A stretch of 15,475 nt of DNA. Source: Methanobacteriota archaeon. Lineage in GTDB: Archaea > Hydrothermarchaeota > Hydrothermarchaeia > Hydrothermarchaeales > JACRDW01. Under the pieces are notes generated by a model. The model had not been told where the DNA came from, searched no databases, and saw nothing but the letters and a program-made list of their open reading frames with translations. The translations under genes and the position numbers were made by a program. The stretch lies in the NCBI GenBank assembly GCA_043820925.1, contig JBDRDL010000018.1, positions 1-15,475 on the forward strand, given 5' to 3'. Below are positions 14,628 to 15,475 of the stretch, in pieces. How positions within the stretch are numbered: the first letter of the stretch is position 1; every line of letters starts with the position of its first letter.

Positions 14628-15473
14628 TTAAACCTTCAATGTCCCGAGGATCTCCTTCTCAATCTCCTCCTGCGTCCACTCCTTTCCTTTGTTTTTTCCA
14701 GTTTGATAAATCCCGACCAGTTTCTCGGCATAGCTCTTGGACTTCTCATATCCTGCCTTTCTGGCATTCTCCGCTATCCTCCAGTCGCCTGTTTTCCTGA
14801 ACTCCAAATAAGCAGGAGCAATTTCCGAAAAGATTATCTTGCGGAAATCGGTTAGCAGCGCAACATAAAATCCAAGAGAACCTCTCTTTTTATTTGCGAT
14901 TATGTATCGGAGCATCCCGTTTTCGTTTGTATCGCCGAGGATATCTTTCACGCTTCTCGCCAGAAGTTCCACCTTAGAATGCTGGAAGAGACAAACCAAT
15001 TCATTCCATATTTTGTCAGGGAAAATTTTGTCGCTTGCCTCTCCAATCTCGTGGCGTATGTACGATTCGAGCTCTTCCTCGACAATTTTCTCCACACTTT
15101 CTGGAGTAATTTTTTCATTACTCACTCCATAATCTTCAAATGCGCATCTCAGAGCCTCGTTTTTTGTGATTTTAGATTCCTCCAGTTTTCCCCATATAAA
15201 GTATCTAATCGACTCCTTTCTGACGAGTATATCATTTCCCTGAAGCATTGCAAGTGCAGCAACCAAATCCCTCGCAAGCTCTTTCCCGGAAATGAAGATA
15301 TTGTATCCGTCTTCTTTCCTTGCTCTGTCAAGCCGGGCAAGGAAAAAAGAAGGTCTCATCGCAGCTACGTAACCTGCGCCGTATAAAAATCCCTGCGGCA
15401 GCTCTTCATTTATCTTTTCAACGTCAAACGGATTGTGCAAAATTCCGTTTATTTCTATGTTTCTGAATTCTCG
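14628..15473 (-). CDS. Conserved hypothetical protein, Sfum_1244-like, 5'-truncated by window edge
   Basis: The frame stays open from the track's TTG (15440) to the window end (REFRNIEINGILHNPFD). Motifs PFD..IN, LYGAG, PSFFL, GKELARDL, HEIGE and RSVKDILGD resemble the Sfum_1244 family as I recall it. Confidence 0.7.
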   Translation of the reverse strand, partial: REFRNIEINGILHNPFDVEKINEELPQGFLYGAGYVAAMRPSFFLARLDRARKEDGYNIFISGKELARDLVAALAMLQGNDILVRKESIRYFIWGKLEESKITKNEALRCAFEDYGVSNEKITPESVEKIVEEELESYIRHEIGEASDKIFPDKIWNELVCLFQHSKVELLARSVKDILGDTNENGMLRYIIANKKRGSLGFYVALLTDFRKIIFSEIAPAYLEFRKTGDWRIAENARKAGYEKSKSYAEKLVGIYQTGKNKGKEWTQEEIEKEILGTLKV

Positions 15474-15475
15474 GT

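Noticed and set aside
8870..15386. Shadow ORFs over the ThDP enzyme, DUF434, tatA, radical SAM, TPR and last gene, plus 11906-12151
   Set aside because: They overlap better-supported genes and have no independent evidence.

Overview
Archaeal chromosomal window, probably euryarchaeal (inferred from archaeal-type AlaRS and LeuRS, P1/L12, eL41, TATA/BRE promoters and tRNAs without encoded CCA). Gene order: 3' end of rpl12p; mdh (-); alaS; ribbon-helix-helix gene (-); 40-aa small ORF; leuS; AT-rich AAA_14/DUF4143 ATPase; acetolactate-synthase-like ThDP enzyme; DUF434 protein whose stop codon lies inside tRNA-Arg(TCT); AT-rich islet with a 57-aa four-CxxC zinc protein and a PH/GRAM-like zinc-ribbon protein; eL41 (absent from the ORF track); tRNA-Leu(TAG); tatA; B12-binding radical SAM; TPR protein; partial Sfum_1244-like gene (-). 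The most unusual signal is non-coding. Each tRNA is followed by a hairpin-rich segment (about 100 nt and about 300 nt) that ends in a shared motif (CGTCAACG, hairpin, AAAAGG-(GT/C)-TGGTTCT) and then a degenerate copy of that same tRNA's 3' end. This suggests a family of small non-autonomous tRNA-targeting elements, or structured tRNA trailers. All family assignments come from motifs recognised by eye; no searches were run.
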